Shown piece after piece: positions 26,269-40,320 of a stretch of DNA of 64,000 bases (the stretch's first letter is position 1; the number at the start of each line of letters is the position of its first letter). Under the pieces are notes generated by a model that worked only from the letters and a program-made list of their open reading frames with translations, had not been told where the DNA came from and made no database searches. The DNA comes from Ostrea edulis. Taxonomy: Eukaryota. The stretch spans positions 7,502,001-7,566,000 of the forward strand of contig NC_079173.1 in the NCBI RefSeq assembly GCF_947568905.1, read 5' to 3'. Position numbers and translations under genes: made by a program.

Positions 26269-26453
26269 CACGATTAGTGATGAGATTCCGAGCTTTCCAA
26301 TTTGGTTGCGGGACCGCGTGATTCTGCTCCAACACGATCGTTTTCCTGGTGATTCTCCCCACCACCATTGTGGTGATGACCGACGCCGTCTCTACTAACG
26401 ACTTCCTTAACATTAGCAACCAAGAAAACGACAACGAGGAAAATCAAGAATTT
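26269..26453 (-). CDS. Candidate secreted His/Gly-rich peptide exon, copy B
   Basis: Same 185-bp length and splice sites. Reads ...RDGVGHHHNGGGENHQENDRVGAESRGPATKLESSESHH*, with the stop two codons early. Confidence 0.5.
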
Positions 26454-27483
26454 CTGTAAGAATAAGGAGATGGTTAAGCTATAAATTTTACAATGAATAA
26501 TAAGATAAATATTGAAGTAATGCAATGCTTTTCGTGTGACTATCTGGACTCCTAATTTCCTTCAACTTAATAGATTCCCAGCTGTGTTGTATGGACAATA
26601 GTCCTATTGAATAACATTTTCAGGATTAAAACATTTCGGGATTTTAGTTTCCATGGGGACCCTGGTTAGAACTGGTCCTCAGTACCCCCTTGCTTGTCGT
26701 AAGAGGCGACTAAATTCGACGGCCCTTCATATAAGACCTCAAAACCAAGGCTCTTGTCGCAGAAGGTGCGGTATGATAAAGATCTATCCATGTTCAAAGA
26801 CCGTAAGTGCCGAGCATAAGTCAAATTTTTCAGCCATTAACCGAAAACGTCTCCAGATGAGTGAAAATATCTCGAGAGGGAGGGTTAAACAAGTGAAAAT
26901 ATCTCGAGAGGGAGGGTTAAACAAAATAAAATCAATCAATGAAGATTTCAGATGAAATACTTAGCAACATATGCCTGATAAAAGAAATAATCACCACAAG
27001 AACATTTAACTAATTCTTTCCATACAAAAGAGGAAATAGACTAGTTTACTCTATACAAATGGATATCAGATTATTGTCCACTAGATACATATGATGTCCA
27101 GTTTTTTAACCGATTGGAATAAATATTAATCGTTGACAATGCAATATAAAACAAAAGGGAATGTCACAAACTGGATATTAAATACTATATTTTTTTCTTT
27201 TATTTCAATTTGCCTTAAAAAAGATAATCATAGCGATATAGCATAAAATCAAAAGAGTCTTCCCATTTTCTGTAAGCTTTTTGGTGTCTTGGATCAACAA
27301 ATCCGTATACTAGTGTGTTACCCGAATCCTTCCTTATATAGCAAATGAAACAACTACGTCATGTGGAGATGCGATGTGTGTGGATTTGATTCGATGTTGA
27401 GAATAATCATAAGTGCGCGCATTCAATTTTATAAAAATCTATCAAATATTGAAAATGTATCAATACCAGAAATACTATAATTG

Positions 27484-27671
27484 NNNNNNNNNNNNNNNNN
27501 NNNNNNNNNNNNNNNNNNNNNNNNNNNNNNNNNNNNNNNNNNNNNNNNNNNNNNNNNNNNNNNNNNNNNNNNNNNNNNNNNNNNNNNNNNNNNNNNNNNN
27601 NNNNNNNNNNNNNNNNNNNNNNNNNNNNNNNNNNNNNNNNNNNNNNNNNNNNNNNNNNNNNNNNNNNNNNN
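27484..27671. other. Assembly gap (N run); a second gap lies at 35764-35970
   Basis: N characters. Both gaps fall where unit A has its (GA)n tract. Confidence 0.99.
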
Positions 27672-30600
27672 TTCTCAATTTTTCAATACGAACTTCGTTT
27701 TTTCGGGACAAGGGAAGATGTTTACATAACATGGCTGAAGATAAACAAGAAACACTAGCAGTAAAGCTACACCAAATCTGCAAACGTATTTACACTGTAA
27801 GTCACATCTTTTCTAGGGAGCGACGAATTGGGAATCGTCCTATTCGTCCAATGGACTGAACGACAATGTGCGATGTGTTCATGATATTCTTTGTAATTTC
27901 AGGTAGGACGAGTTAACTAATTAAGTTAATTAGTGCAAAAGTCAACATGTATCTGTTGAGATTACGATGCTAAATAGTACAAAAGTGTAGAAAAATGTAC
28001 TCTAAAGTAATAAAGTAAACCATAGTATAAAATAGGTTCTTTATTATTGTATCTCTTAATAACATGTAGAAAACATTTTTTTTAAATCCATCAACTAAGC
28101 TATTTCCCTGCACATGTACAATTTCAACAAAGCCGAGAAATAGGAATACAGTTCTTCACAGGTAGAGGGGCGACACTAAAAGAGGACATAACTAAATTGA
28201 AATAGGATATGACTTCATAACTGCAAATGACAAGCAATGGGTCTCAGTAGAAATCAAGCAGAATATAAACACTGCGCAAACACAATAAGTTCTATGTTTA
28301 AAAACTTTATAAAGTTGATGGTTTAATATTGTTTTCATCATAGCACAATATTTTGCTTGTTTACAATCACATTTACACTTTCAAAACATTGATTTGAGAT
28401 TGACTGCATATATGTGTGTCTGGATTATTTTTCATGAGAAAGAAAAGATGTGATAAAATCTCGGAGAGTAGATAAAGGGCTAACACTAAAAGGACATGCT
28501 TAACTTTTAATTTTGTTTAACATGAAGGTCCTGGGAATTCCCTGTCCACAAAAAAAAAACAGTTAGAGATACAACAAATGTTTAGAAAGAGACGCTGCAT
28601 TATGAATATTTCTAAAAATATGGACTTTTTGCACAGAATCACGTCTTAGATTTAATATAGGCAAGTATATTAAAATATTGTGTTATCGCCTTATCTATAA
28701 ACATGAGGGAATAAAATGCCTGCATTAGAATGACAATGTTCTCCATCAAGGAAGCAAAATCTGATTTCATATTTATGATGTTCATTATCAAACTGTACAG
28801 TCAACCTGAGATTTCTAGAATGATAACAATCTGTGGAGTTTTACATACATGTATCTTTATCACATCTGAATCACATTCATAAAATTTTCATTAATTATCA
28901 GATCACCCCCTCTTGTTATAGCTGGACATGCTGTATGATCGTTAAATATGATGACATTTTAAAAATATCTACACTATCATTTACACATTATGTTTTCATG
29001 AACACTATGGAGAAGATACTTAAGTTTATTAGATGTAATTACATGTCTTAAATTATATTGTTTTATAAAAATATCGATGTACTATGTAGGATTATTTAGT
29101 CGACTATACTTTTATGTCCCGTTTAAGAACTTTCCATTCATATTGAGATGGTCACCACTTGCCGATGAATTGACACAGAAAGTCATAGCGCATTTCCTCA
29201 CCATATGGCAGACTCGACAATTTAAAGGGAAACCACCGATTTCATATATTAGACTCATATGACGTTTAAGTGCATTTCCAAGTTTCCTTCCAAGAATAGT
29301 GTCTGTTCAATATCTGAGAAGCATTTGTCAGTAAGTACAGATGTAAGCTTGAGACAGTGATTGCACTTAGAGAGTGTATGTCCCTTATTGATTTTCTGAT
29401 CACATGATCACAGGGCAAGTTGAAGTATGATTTCATACTTACAAACATTTAGTCGCTGAATGATATTTTCTGTACATTGATTTATATATGCAAGGTATGT
29501 AAAGGTATGGACGTGACATTGCAAAATTAATATTGATTTTACTATGATTGAACTTTCCTTACACAAATCTGAACACAAAATGTGTATATGGATGACAGGT
29601 CTCAGGTATATACATTGTAATGTGGTTGTTTATTTATTTAGAAAGAGAGAGCAAGAGAGAAAAAGAGGGATATATAGTGAGAGAAAGAAAGAGATAAAGA
29701 GACAGACAGAGAGAGAGAGACATATAGAGGGGGTCATTGTTTTTGGGTTGTTTTTTTTAAAAAACACTTATAGAGACAATATAGCTCAATTTCCACATTT
29801 TAGTCAAGTGTTTTTGTAAATCATGTGTGGATAAAATGATAAAAATCATATCAATACTGACAATTTGAAACAACTTCAATGCACAAATTTGCTCTTAACT
29901 GCACTTTGAAGATTATTCGAAAAACAAAGGTTTCTTCTTGCTGAGTTGGATTTTAAAATGCTTATTTACATCACGTGAATTTGAATGACAGGAGAGGTGT
30001 GTATAGAAAATAATTTGAATATCCCTTGTGGGGTCCAAACTCAAATTTCAAGTATGAAATTACCCAATGCTCCTTATAAGTAAGTACTTATAAAAGGATT
30101 TTTCAAAATAAATCCTTATATGTTCGTATTGACCAATGTTTATAAACGAACACGTGACGTGTTAATTAAAAAAGTAGCACTTGATTTTAAAGCAGTGTAT
30201 TCGCTAGTCCCAGTAGCAGATTTAGAAGGGACCCTCCATTTCATGACCACAAATTGTGAGCAAAATTCCAGATATGGCACCCAAAATGCTGAGTACCTTG
30301 GCTAAAACTCAACTTCCACGTACACCCCTTTCGTAAATCCTTAATCCGTCACTGAATCCAGCTTGCCCTTCAACTAGATCTTGGTTTTCCAACGGTAATT
30401 CTGATACCAACATAAAATTATAGCTCACATATGAGTTTTATCTCATTACATCTGACTGCTTTTTGCAGAATCTCATTCTGTCAAAAGTCTGGCTCTATCC
30501 AGTACCCACTACACTTTCTCTCACTCAGTCAATGGCCAGCATGCTGCACTGTTTACCATTTATGCCCATATTTATCAAAGGAGGCCCAATATTGTTTTCT

Positions 30601-33600
30601 ACAGTTCACAAAAAGTATTAATATTTGCATTAAAACAAAAAGTCTCAACTTGGGATAATTGTTATAAATGCAAAGTTCATGTATTCAACTATGCAACACA
30701 ATTTAAGAAAGCTATGACAAATTGTTATTTCATGATTTATGTGTAATAGGAGCTAAAGTTTTTCTTTAAGTACATGTATAAACAAATGACATTTTGCCGT
30801 CAAAATGTTTAAAAAGATTTATAAAACCATTTGTTTAATGACAGTTGCTATGTGATTTTGGATATAGTTGATTTCCAATTAATGGATATAAAATAGAGGA
30901 TATATTGTGTTTTCACATTCAGAGAATTTTGTATAATCTAGTCTACAGTCGTATATAAATCGAAGAATTTAAAACGAATTTGTGTATTTGTAAATGATAA
31001 ACTACACTTGTAAGTTCTGTATATAGCTTTACTGTAACGATTCTGGAGTTAGAAATTAGTGTAGTGCTTTAACATGCACAAGGTTTTCAACAGTTAGAAT
31101 GTAATATTGGTCAGATATAACTTGAAAGATGTACACCGTTAATGATGCCCTTGTTGAGAATAAGGACTCAATTTTATTATTAACCACAAAGTCAGGGGTT
31201 TATTGGTTCTTGCAGTTTGTCACTTTGAGAAGTGAATTTAATTCCAAGTTTTTTTAATGAATTTTAAATCATCATGGTAAATAATCAATAATTCCAAAGT
31301 TTAAACTGCTGCACCACCTCCTCTAAATCCACCACTGATTTATATTGATGTGTGTTAAGGAACCCATACATTATGCTTAGATTCATATGTGCATTTCGTA
31401 TGATTTCATCACCGTATAAAAATTACAAATGTGTTGCTTTTTTATGTACATAGGTTGGAAGTTTTATTAAGGTTCTCGTCTTTTTAAGACATTTGTTGCA
31501 TGAATCAGTTTTAACCCATTCATAAATCTGGTAATGACGTAAATTACGTGGATCTGTAATCTGTATTAGTGTATTTCAGTCACGATCAACTATATGTAGT
31601 TCGGTTTTACTCAGGGTTTTCTTATAAAAATAAATGTTTTTTCACCATTATTGGTTTAGTCTCTTCTTGTCACCTCTAAAAAGTTAAGATAACAAAACTT
31701 GCTAAAATTGTCAATTTTAAAAGGAATACAAATTCAGTAAAGGGAAAACACGATCCCATAAAAATTAGGTGGTCAGGTGTAGGGAAAGAGTGGGCATCCC
31801 CTGTTGGCCTGTGACACCTGATATGAAACGTATATCTTTATCATATTAACTAGGCGATCCTTACCCAAGAGCAATATGTAAAGAAGGGTCTAATGTTGGT
31901 ATAAATTTTTTGTCAATGAGAGGCTACATTTGCAAATTAGACCTCATCACAAGTATGGTAGATAGAGGGTCCGGTTTTTTGTTGTTGTTTTTTTTTTTTT
32001 TTTTTTGCCTTTTTAAAATTTTTTTTTATCCTTGATGAGACTTATGCGATTGATTACTGTTCGTTATCATCATTTGTTTATCGGTATAACGACCATAGAA
32101 TTTGCATACTGCTGATTTTATACAAGAGTGTTGAAACCCCCGTAACATGAATGTATTTCTCAGTAGCCTGTATCAGTTCGGTAATCAATAATGCGTAAAA
32201 CATACCCTCATCGATTGAATCGGTTGATAGACAAAACAACATATACAAGTAGTAATGCATTTGTTTTCTTTTTTGTTTGTTATTGCAAAATCTTTACTAA
32301 GTTTTCTAGAGATCGTATCAGACTCGAAACATATATCCTTCCAATTTCGTTAAGCCTAGCTATGAACAAAGTGTCCAGATATTACTAATTATTAATGATG
32401 CAGAGTAGTGGTGAAAAAGGAAAACCGAACGAAGTATTAGAACCTCCTCACTAAACCTCTTTCTCTTCTCCCACCCCTACTGTCCCTACTTTCCCTTATC
32501 TCCCCTCCTTTTCACCCTAGCTGATCCTCATACATACATTTTCGCATTATTTTATATAGTTATAGCCCTCCATAGTCAATCCTCTTTTCTTTAATCAACA
32601 ATTGTTGCATTCCATTGTGACAACAATAGCTGTAAGTGAAGTACAACTAATCTTTGATGATGCTTACAATTTTGGGACGCCTTAATGATGGCTATTTATC
32701 ATATCAACGTCTGTCAAGAAACAGGACATCGATTTAATAGGCTTTTATTTCGTACTATAAGCGATACTCAACTCTGAAGGCTTAGCAACAAACTCATTTC
32801 CTATTTTGACGTATTTAAATATAGATATATATATGATGTTTTATTTTTTAAGAAAAATCATTTGCATGCATATGTCGATTCGATCTTTCCTTTTGAAATC
32901 GAAATAAAAGAAACGATAAAGTCCTACACATATGCTTCGTAATTAGATATTTTACTACAAAATAAATAGCAACCACAGACTAACACCTCAACTTTATGAC
33001 AAATGGGATGATTTCAGTTTCTTTGTCTTCAACTTCCCATATTTATGTAGTTATGTCTCATTATTGTTTGTATACCTTGCTTATATCTCTCTATAAATTT
33101 GATACGCAAGAACATGTTCTGTTTCTACATCGAGGCAGGCTAGTGACAAACAAATTGATGGTACAGAGTTTCCAACACTCTAATTAATAGTCACTACAAA
33201 TTTCAAAATAAAAACTCTTTCAACCATTTTAAAATGAAAGAAAGATAACTTTTATTTAATTATATGACAAAGGTTGGACTCAACGAACAATAAAATTGAT
33301 AACCTGGTTACAAACTTGGAGAGGGTGGCTTCTTCAGTTCATATGTCACTAGGTCAAATAGTTGAAAAATAAATGGTCGAGGAAGAGGGTATAGTTCGAT
33401 CACCTTTACGTCTTGTACGTAGTCAAGAGGATTTATCATATCCCGAAAATCTTTCCGGACGCAATTGTATCCTCGCTAAGTCGTGTGATATTATTTAATC
33501 ACGATATAGGGCTTACAGCGGGTGTGACCGATCGAAAGAGAATGATTTCTCCTCCTAGGTGCCTGATCCAACCTCTGGTGTGTCCAGGGGACGTGCTTGT

Positions 33601-33610
33601 CAAACTCTCT

Positions 33611-36600
33611 CTTTTGTATCGCTTATAGGAGTTATGAGATTGGTCATTGTTCTTTATCTTCACCTCTCTTTCCAACCATATTTTTTTCGTTGCAAGGTGA
33701 TATGGTTACTTACAATGCAAAGTGAAGATAACGAACAGTGATCAATCTCATAACTCCTATAAGAGATACAAAATAGACAGTTGGGAAAACATGGATCCCT
33801 GGACACACCAGAGGTGGGATCATGTGCCATGGAGGAGTAAGCATCCCCTGTTGACCGGTCACACCCGCCGTGAGCCCTATATCCTGATCAGGGAAACGGA
33901 GTTATCCGCAGTCAAAATCAGTGTGCCAAGAACGGCTTACAATCTTATAATTACTATAAAGAATACGAAACTTGCGAGTAGGGTAAACATTGGTTCTAGC
34001 ATAAATTAAAAGCGATATCAGGTGCCTCGAAGGGGTAAGCATTTTCTGTTTTCTAGTCACACCCGTAGTGGGTCATATATCTTCCTCAAATAAACAAAAT
34101 ACTATAATAAACAAATTACTTCGCTTTTTTTCATTCTATAACTGATCACATGGATAGAAAACTGCCAATAAGTAAATTTATTTTGGATTCTAACACATGT
34201 TTCAACGATCTATGAAGTGCAGCTCTTTTATAAGTTATTAATATCTCTTCCGTGAAATCGGCATGCTTTATTGAGTGCAAACTAAGCAGAAATAATTCAG
34301 ACTTTGTTCATATTAATTTTGTTTTATTCTTAGGAAGCACAAACATACAATAGGAATTTGTCATCATGCCTTTTGCCTTCCATAAGAACCTTTGGAATTC
34401 TGAAATATACATGGATCAATTTTATTATCAATTTTTAGAACAATGAAGACATGATACATGATCAACCGTAATTTAAACAGAATTAAGATAAGAAGGAAAG
34501 AGAAATTTCAAACCGCAATTTAACATTTCACATCGACTAACACAAAGTACATGTATATCAACTGAAATGAGATCTTTACCACGATTGATGATGATATTCC
34601 GAGCTTTCCAATTTGGTTGCAGGACCGCGTGCTTCTGCTCCAACACGATCGTTTCCCTGGTGATTATCCCCACCACCATTGTGGTGATGACCGATGCCGT
34701 CTCTACTAACGACTTCCTTAACATTAGCAACCAAAAAAACGACAACGAGGAAAATCAAGAATTTCTGTAAGAATAAGGAGATGGTTAAGGTATAAAATTT
34801 TACAATGAATGATAAGATAAAGATTGATGTAATGCGATGCTTTTCGTGTAACTATCTGAACTCCTAATTTTCTTCAACTTAATAGTTTCCCAGCTGTGCT
34901 GAATGGACAATAGTGTTTTGAATAACATTTTCAGGATGAAAGTATTTCGGGATGTTAGTTTCCATGGGGACCCGGGTTGGAACAGGTCCTCAATACCCCT
35001 TTGCCTTTCGTAAGAGGCGACTAAATTTGACGGCCCTTCATATAAGACCTCAAAACCAAGGTCCGTGTCAGAGCAGGTGTGGTACGATAAAGATATATCC
35101 ATGTTCAAAGGCCATAAGATCCGACCATCAGTCTAATTTTTCAGCCATTCAACGAAAACGTCTCCAGATGACTGAAAAATATCTCGAGAGGGAGGGTTAA
35201 CAATATAGAATCCATCAATCAAGATTTCAGATGGAATACTTAGCAACATATGCCTGATAAAAGAAAATGATCACCACAACAAGAACATTTAACTAATTTT
35301 TTCCATACAAAAGAGGAAATAAGACTAGTTTACTCTATACAAATGGATATCAGATTATTGTTCACTAGATACAGCTGATGTCCAATGTTTTTAACCGATT
35401 GGAATAAATGTTAATAGTTGAGAATGCAATATAAAACAAAAGGGAATGTCACAAACTGCATATTAAAAACTATACTTTTTTTATTTCAATTTGCCTCAAA
35501 AAAATAATCATAGCGATATAGCAGAAAATCAAATGAGTCTTACAATTTTCTGTAAGCTTTTTGGTGTCTTGGATCAACAAATCCGTATACTAGTGTGTTA
35601 CCAGAATCCTTCCTTATATAGCAAATGTAACAACTACGTCATGCGGAGATGCGATGTGTGTGGATTTGATTTGATGTTGAGAATGTTCATAAGCGCGTGC
35701 ATTCAATATCATAAAATTCTAGCAAATATTGAAAATGTATCAATACCAGAAATACTGTAATTCNNNNNNNNNNNNNNNNNNNNNNNNNNNNNNNNNNNNN
35801 NNNNNNNNNNNNNNNNNNNNNNNNNNNNNNNNNNNNNNNNNNNNNNNNNNNNNNNNNNNNNNNNNNNNNNNNNNNNNNNNNNNNNNNNNNNNNNNNNNNN
35901 NNNNNNNNNNNNNNNNNNNNNNNNNNNNNNNNNNNNNNNNNNNNNNNNNNNNNNNNNNNNNNNNNNNNNNNATACGAACTTCATTTTCTCGGGACAAGGG
36001 AAGATGTTTACATAAGATGGCTAAAGATAAACAAGAAACACTAGCAGTAAAATTACACTAAATCTGCAAACGTATTTACACTGTAAATCACATCTTTTCT
36101 AGGGAGGGGCGAATTGGGAATCGTCCTATTCGTCCAATGGGCTGAACGACAATGTGCGATGTCTTCATGATATTCTTTATTAATTTCAGGTAGGACGAGT
36201 TAACTAATTAAGTTAATTAGTGCAAAAGTCAACATGTATCTGTTGAGATTACGATGTTAAACGGAAATAGTAAAAAAGTGTAGAAGAATGTACTCTAAAG
36301 TCGTAAAGTAAACCATAGTATAAAATAGGTTCTTTATCATTGCATCTCTTAATAACATGTAAAAAATTTTTTAAAAAAAACCATTTACTTAGATATTTTC
36401 CTTCACATGTACAATTTCAACAAAGCCGAGAAATAGGAATACAGTTCTTCACAGGTAGAGAAACGACACTAAAAGAGGATATAACTAACTTGAAATAGGA
36501 TGTGATTTCATAATTGCAAATGACAAGCAATAGGTCTCAATAGAAATCACGCAGAATATACACACTGCGCAAATACAATAAGTTCTATGTTAAAATACTT

Positions 36601-37282
36601 TATAAAGTTGATGGTTTAATTTTGTTTTCATTATAGCACAATATTTTGCTTGTTTACAATCACATTTACACTTTCAAAACATTGATTTGAGATTGACTAC
36701 ATATATGTGTGTCTGGATTATTTTTCATGAGAAAGAAAAGATGTGATAAAATATCGGAGAGTAGACAGAGGGCTAACAATAAAAGGACATGCTAAGATTT
36801 TTATTTTATTTAACATGAAGGTCCTGGGAATTCCCTGTCCAGAAAAAAAAAGACCAGTTAGAGATACAACAAATGTTTAGAAAGAGACGCCGCATTATCA
36901 ATATTTCTAAAGGTATGGACTTTTTGCACAGTATCACGTCTTAGATTTAATATATGCAAGTATATTAAAATATTGTTTTATCGCATTATCTATGAACATG
37001 ACGGAATAGAATGTCTGCATTAGAATGACAATGTTCTCCATCAAGGAAGCAAAATCTGATGTCATATTTATGATGTACATTAGCAAACTGTACAGTCAAC
37101 CTGAGATTTCTAGGATGATAACAATCTGCGGAGTTTCACATACATGTATCTTTATGATATGAATCACATTCTTAAAATATTCATTAATTATCAGTTCACC
37201 CCCTCTTGTTATAGCTGGACATGATGTATAATCGTTAAATATGATGAAATTTTAAACATATCTACACTGCATTTACATATTA
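33611..37282. repeat. Tandem segmental duplication, unit C (partial; ends at a PLE insertion)
   Basis: Colinear with the first ~3.7 kb of units A and B. Contains an N-gap at 35764-35970. Confidence 0.9.
34580..34764 (-). CDS. Candidate secreted His/Gly-rich peptide exon, copy C
   Basis: Same 185-bp length and splice sites. Reads ...RDGIGHHHNGGGDNHQGNDRVGAEARGPATKLESSEYHHQS. Confidence 0.55.
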
Positions 37283-37851
37283 TTGAAATTAGACATTAAC
37301 GGCAAACTGACAACTCAACTGTATGACAAACGGGATGATTTCAGCTTCTCCATCGTCAACTTCCCACATTTTTGTAGCAATATTCCATTATCACCTGCAT
37401 ATGGTGTTTATATATCTCAACTGATTCGATATGCAAGAGCTTGTTCTGGGTATAGTCAGTTTTTAAATCGAGGTAAACTACTGACAAACAAGTTGATGGT
37501 ACAGGGATTTCAACAGTCTCGACTGAAGTCAGCATTTCGCAAATTCTATGGTCGTTATAACGATCTAGTTCGTCAATACGACCTCGCATTGGGTCAAATG
37601 CTGTCTGACGTGTTTCATACCGATTGTTAAGCCGTTCTTGGCACACTAATTTGACTGCGGATAACTCCGTTTACCTGATGAGGATATCGGGCTCACGGCG
37701 GGTTTAACCGTTCAACAGGGGATGCTTACTCCACCTAGGCACCTGATCCCACCTCTGGTGTGTCCAGGGCTCCGTGTTTGCCCAACTATCTATTTTGCAT
37801 TGCTTGTAGGAGTTATGAGATTGATCACTGTTCGTTATCTTCACCTTGCAT
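37283..37851 (+). mobile_element. PLE 3' fragment with an open 115-aa RT-thumb segment
   Basis: LDINGKLTTQLYDKRDDFSFSIVNFPHFCSNIPLSPAYGVYISQLIRYARACS...HTDC* followed by the family 3' UTR. Confidence 0.9.
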
Positions 37852-39537
37852 ACTAATCAAAATAAGGAACAAGCATACATTTTCATGTATTAAAATATGT
37901 TAAGACATGTATATTTTCAAAACGTTATTGAAAAATTACCTGTTTTGTTTTTTCTCCTGCTTGTGCACTGTATGGATGAGTCAGATGAGCAGGATAGATA
38001 TTGGCAAATTCTGCTTTCATCTGAGGAACTCCCTGGATCACTTAAGTAGCAAAGTGGAAGACAAGTTCATCCATCAGAATAGTTTGCTCCTCAATGAATG
38101 GTATGAATGTCTCCAATCTAATGTCAGTTTTCAGTTCATCTCTATTTTCCACACCTCTGTCAGTTGGAATTATCCTATCCACAACCACAACAACATTGAA
38201 CAGGTGTAATGACAAAGTTTTCTGTTGTGATGTCCTGAAAATATAGGAAAGGTATACTGTAACTAAGATATCGACATTGTCAATGAGAGTTACCTTTACT
38301 GAAGTGGTTACATGTGAGAGACCACAGTACATTGACCTTCATTAATGTCACATGTACTGCAGTTATTGTTACGACTGATGAACACATCATGTGACACTAT
38401 AAGTTTAAGTTCCAAAAGAACTGTTTACCTGAAATCTGGGAGAATGTTTTTGTCCCAGTTGTCTCCGACCAACTGATACTTCACATTTCCTCCTTCTGAC
38501 CAATCTTTCTTCAACTGAATAACATCTTCATTCAGTTTGTCAATCCAGGATGCCAACTTGTTGTGCACAGATCCAGGGCTTACACAAAGTCCAATTTTAG
38601 TAAGTCTTTGAATATCTTATATGAAAATGAAATAACTGTGTATTTACAATGGCCAAGTTATTGAAAAAAAAATGCATGAATCGGGTATGATGTTCATCAG
38701 ATCATTATTTCTTTATTGTTTTTTACATGTCTTACCCTTTGAGTGCAGCCACCATGAACAAGCAAAAAAGCAATACAATAGTGCAACCAAGACATTTCTT
38801 GGCTAAGGCCATGACATCCTGTTGCAATTGTGTGCAAGATATTTATAAACTTTTACTCTGATGGTGCCACTGGAACATCACTGACAACTGCACTGATTAC
38901 CCTCAACAGGTTAGGAGCACGCACTTCCAAATCCTTATGAAAGTTGTTCCACGTAAAGGTCATCATACTGTCATGATCCTTCTTCAGTAACAGGGAGCCT
39001 GAATTTCTTTTGCAAATTGCTTTGGTTTCTGCCTGAAAAATTTTGGTAGCTGCCAATAACCACATCATCAGGGTTTGAGGTGGCAAGCACATCAAGCACA
39101 GTTTTTTCAACATTGTCCGACTTGAAAATAGCCTTACACATTTTCTTGCGAGCATCATTCATTACCAGTGCTTTCCGCTTTCCACTTGGATAGGATATAA
39201 ATAGCTATCAAGTTATAAAAGATGTCTGAATAGAAAAACACACACAGCAAACATCTTTGTATATATGTGATACGAAAACACACACAGCAAAAATATTTGT
39301 ACACATGTGATACAAAATACAATAAACCTTATTCAGTTATCAAAATAATATTCAAAAATGAAATGAAAAATACTTTATATGCAATAGCTGTAATGTACAT
39401 TTTATTCATATATAATTACCTCATTCTCATCAGATCTGGCAAGTCAATATGGAGTTGGTTAAAAAGAAATGCACCTGAAATTTAACAGAAAAATTCTTAA
39501 CATGCATGCAAAACAAGAACTTTGAAACAGAAACTGG

Positions 39538-40320
39538 AACAAAAGGCCCATGAGCCACGCACTCACACAATCCATGATGCTTCATCATCATGTATGTACT
39601 CGGAGGTCATTTGGATCATGTGGACGATAAACCATTTTCAAACTCCTTACTCTTAAGTATGTCTTTTACAAATTTAAAATTACTACCTGAATTAATGATT
39701 TAAAATTAATTTTACATTGCACTAATTTTTAAGAACAAAATAGAATTTTTTTCTTGCACAAGGCCAAATAAAACAAGAAATGCTTCAAAAAACATGTATG
39801 TGGTGCAAAAATTGTATTGGGTTATACATATGTGTCATTTAATTGATAGTACATGTAGTGCAAAAACAATTCAAAATAGTGACAAGACAATATCTTCCTA
39901 TGTCCAGGGTGAATTTACCCTTGAGTATGTGACCTAAAAATCTGATAGGGTCATCTACTATTTAGGGTGTACCAATGTAACAAGTTGGGTGTCAAATGAT
40001 TCTTAAAATATAGGAGACAATATATTGCTAAGTTCAGTTAGACACTTGATCTATAACCATATGAACCCAAAATAAATAGGGCTCATCTACTCCTTATGAT
40101 GAACCAGTGTACCAAGTTTGATGTATGTCAAGCAAAGGGTTTTCAAAATATTAAGCACAGTATTTCCAATGTCCAGATTGGATTGACCATATGACCGGAA
40201 AATCTACTCATAATCAACCCACATAAGAAACATCATGAATATTATTTAAATCAAGTGCATGCTGAAAATAATTGAGCAGAACTGTGGTATACTAACCTCT
40301 TGTTTGAAGGGGGGAAGGAC
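39538..40320. mobile_element. Helitron/Helentron-associated (HINE-like) non-autonomous repeat remnant; further piece at ~40440-40600
   Basis: aacaaaaggcccatgagccac-type start and tgacctaaaaat...atagggtcatctact...ccaagtttg core motifs resembling oyster HINE repeats. Confidence 0.5.

Larger units (their letters stand above)
25311..33610. repeat. Tandem segmental duplication, unit B (~8.3 kb)
   Basis: Colinear with unit A along its whole length. Contains an N-gap at 27484-27671. Confidence 0.92.

Noticed and set aside
27413-27859. ORFs spanning N runs (also 35709-36061)
   Set aside because: Artefacts of assembly gaps.
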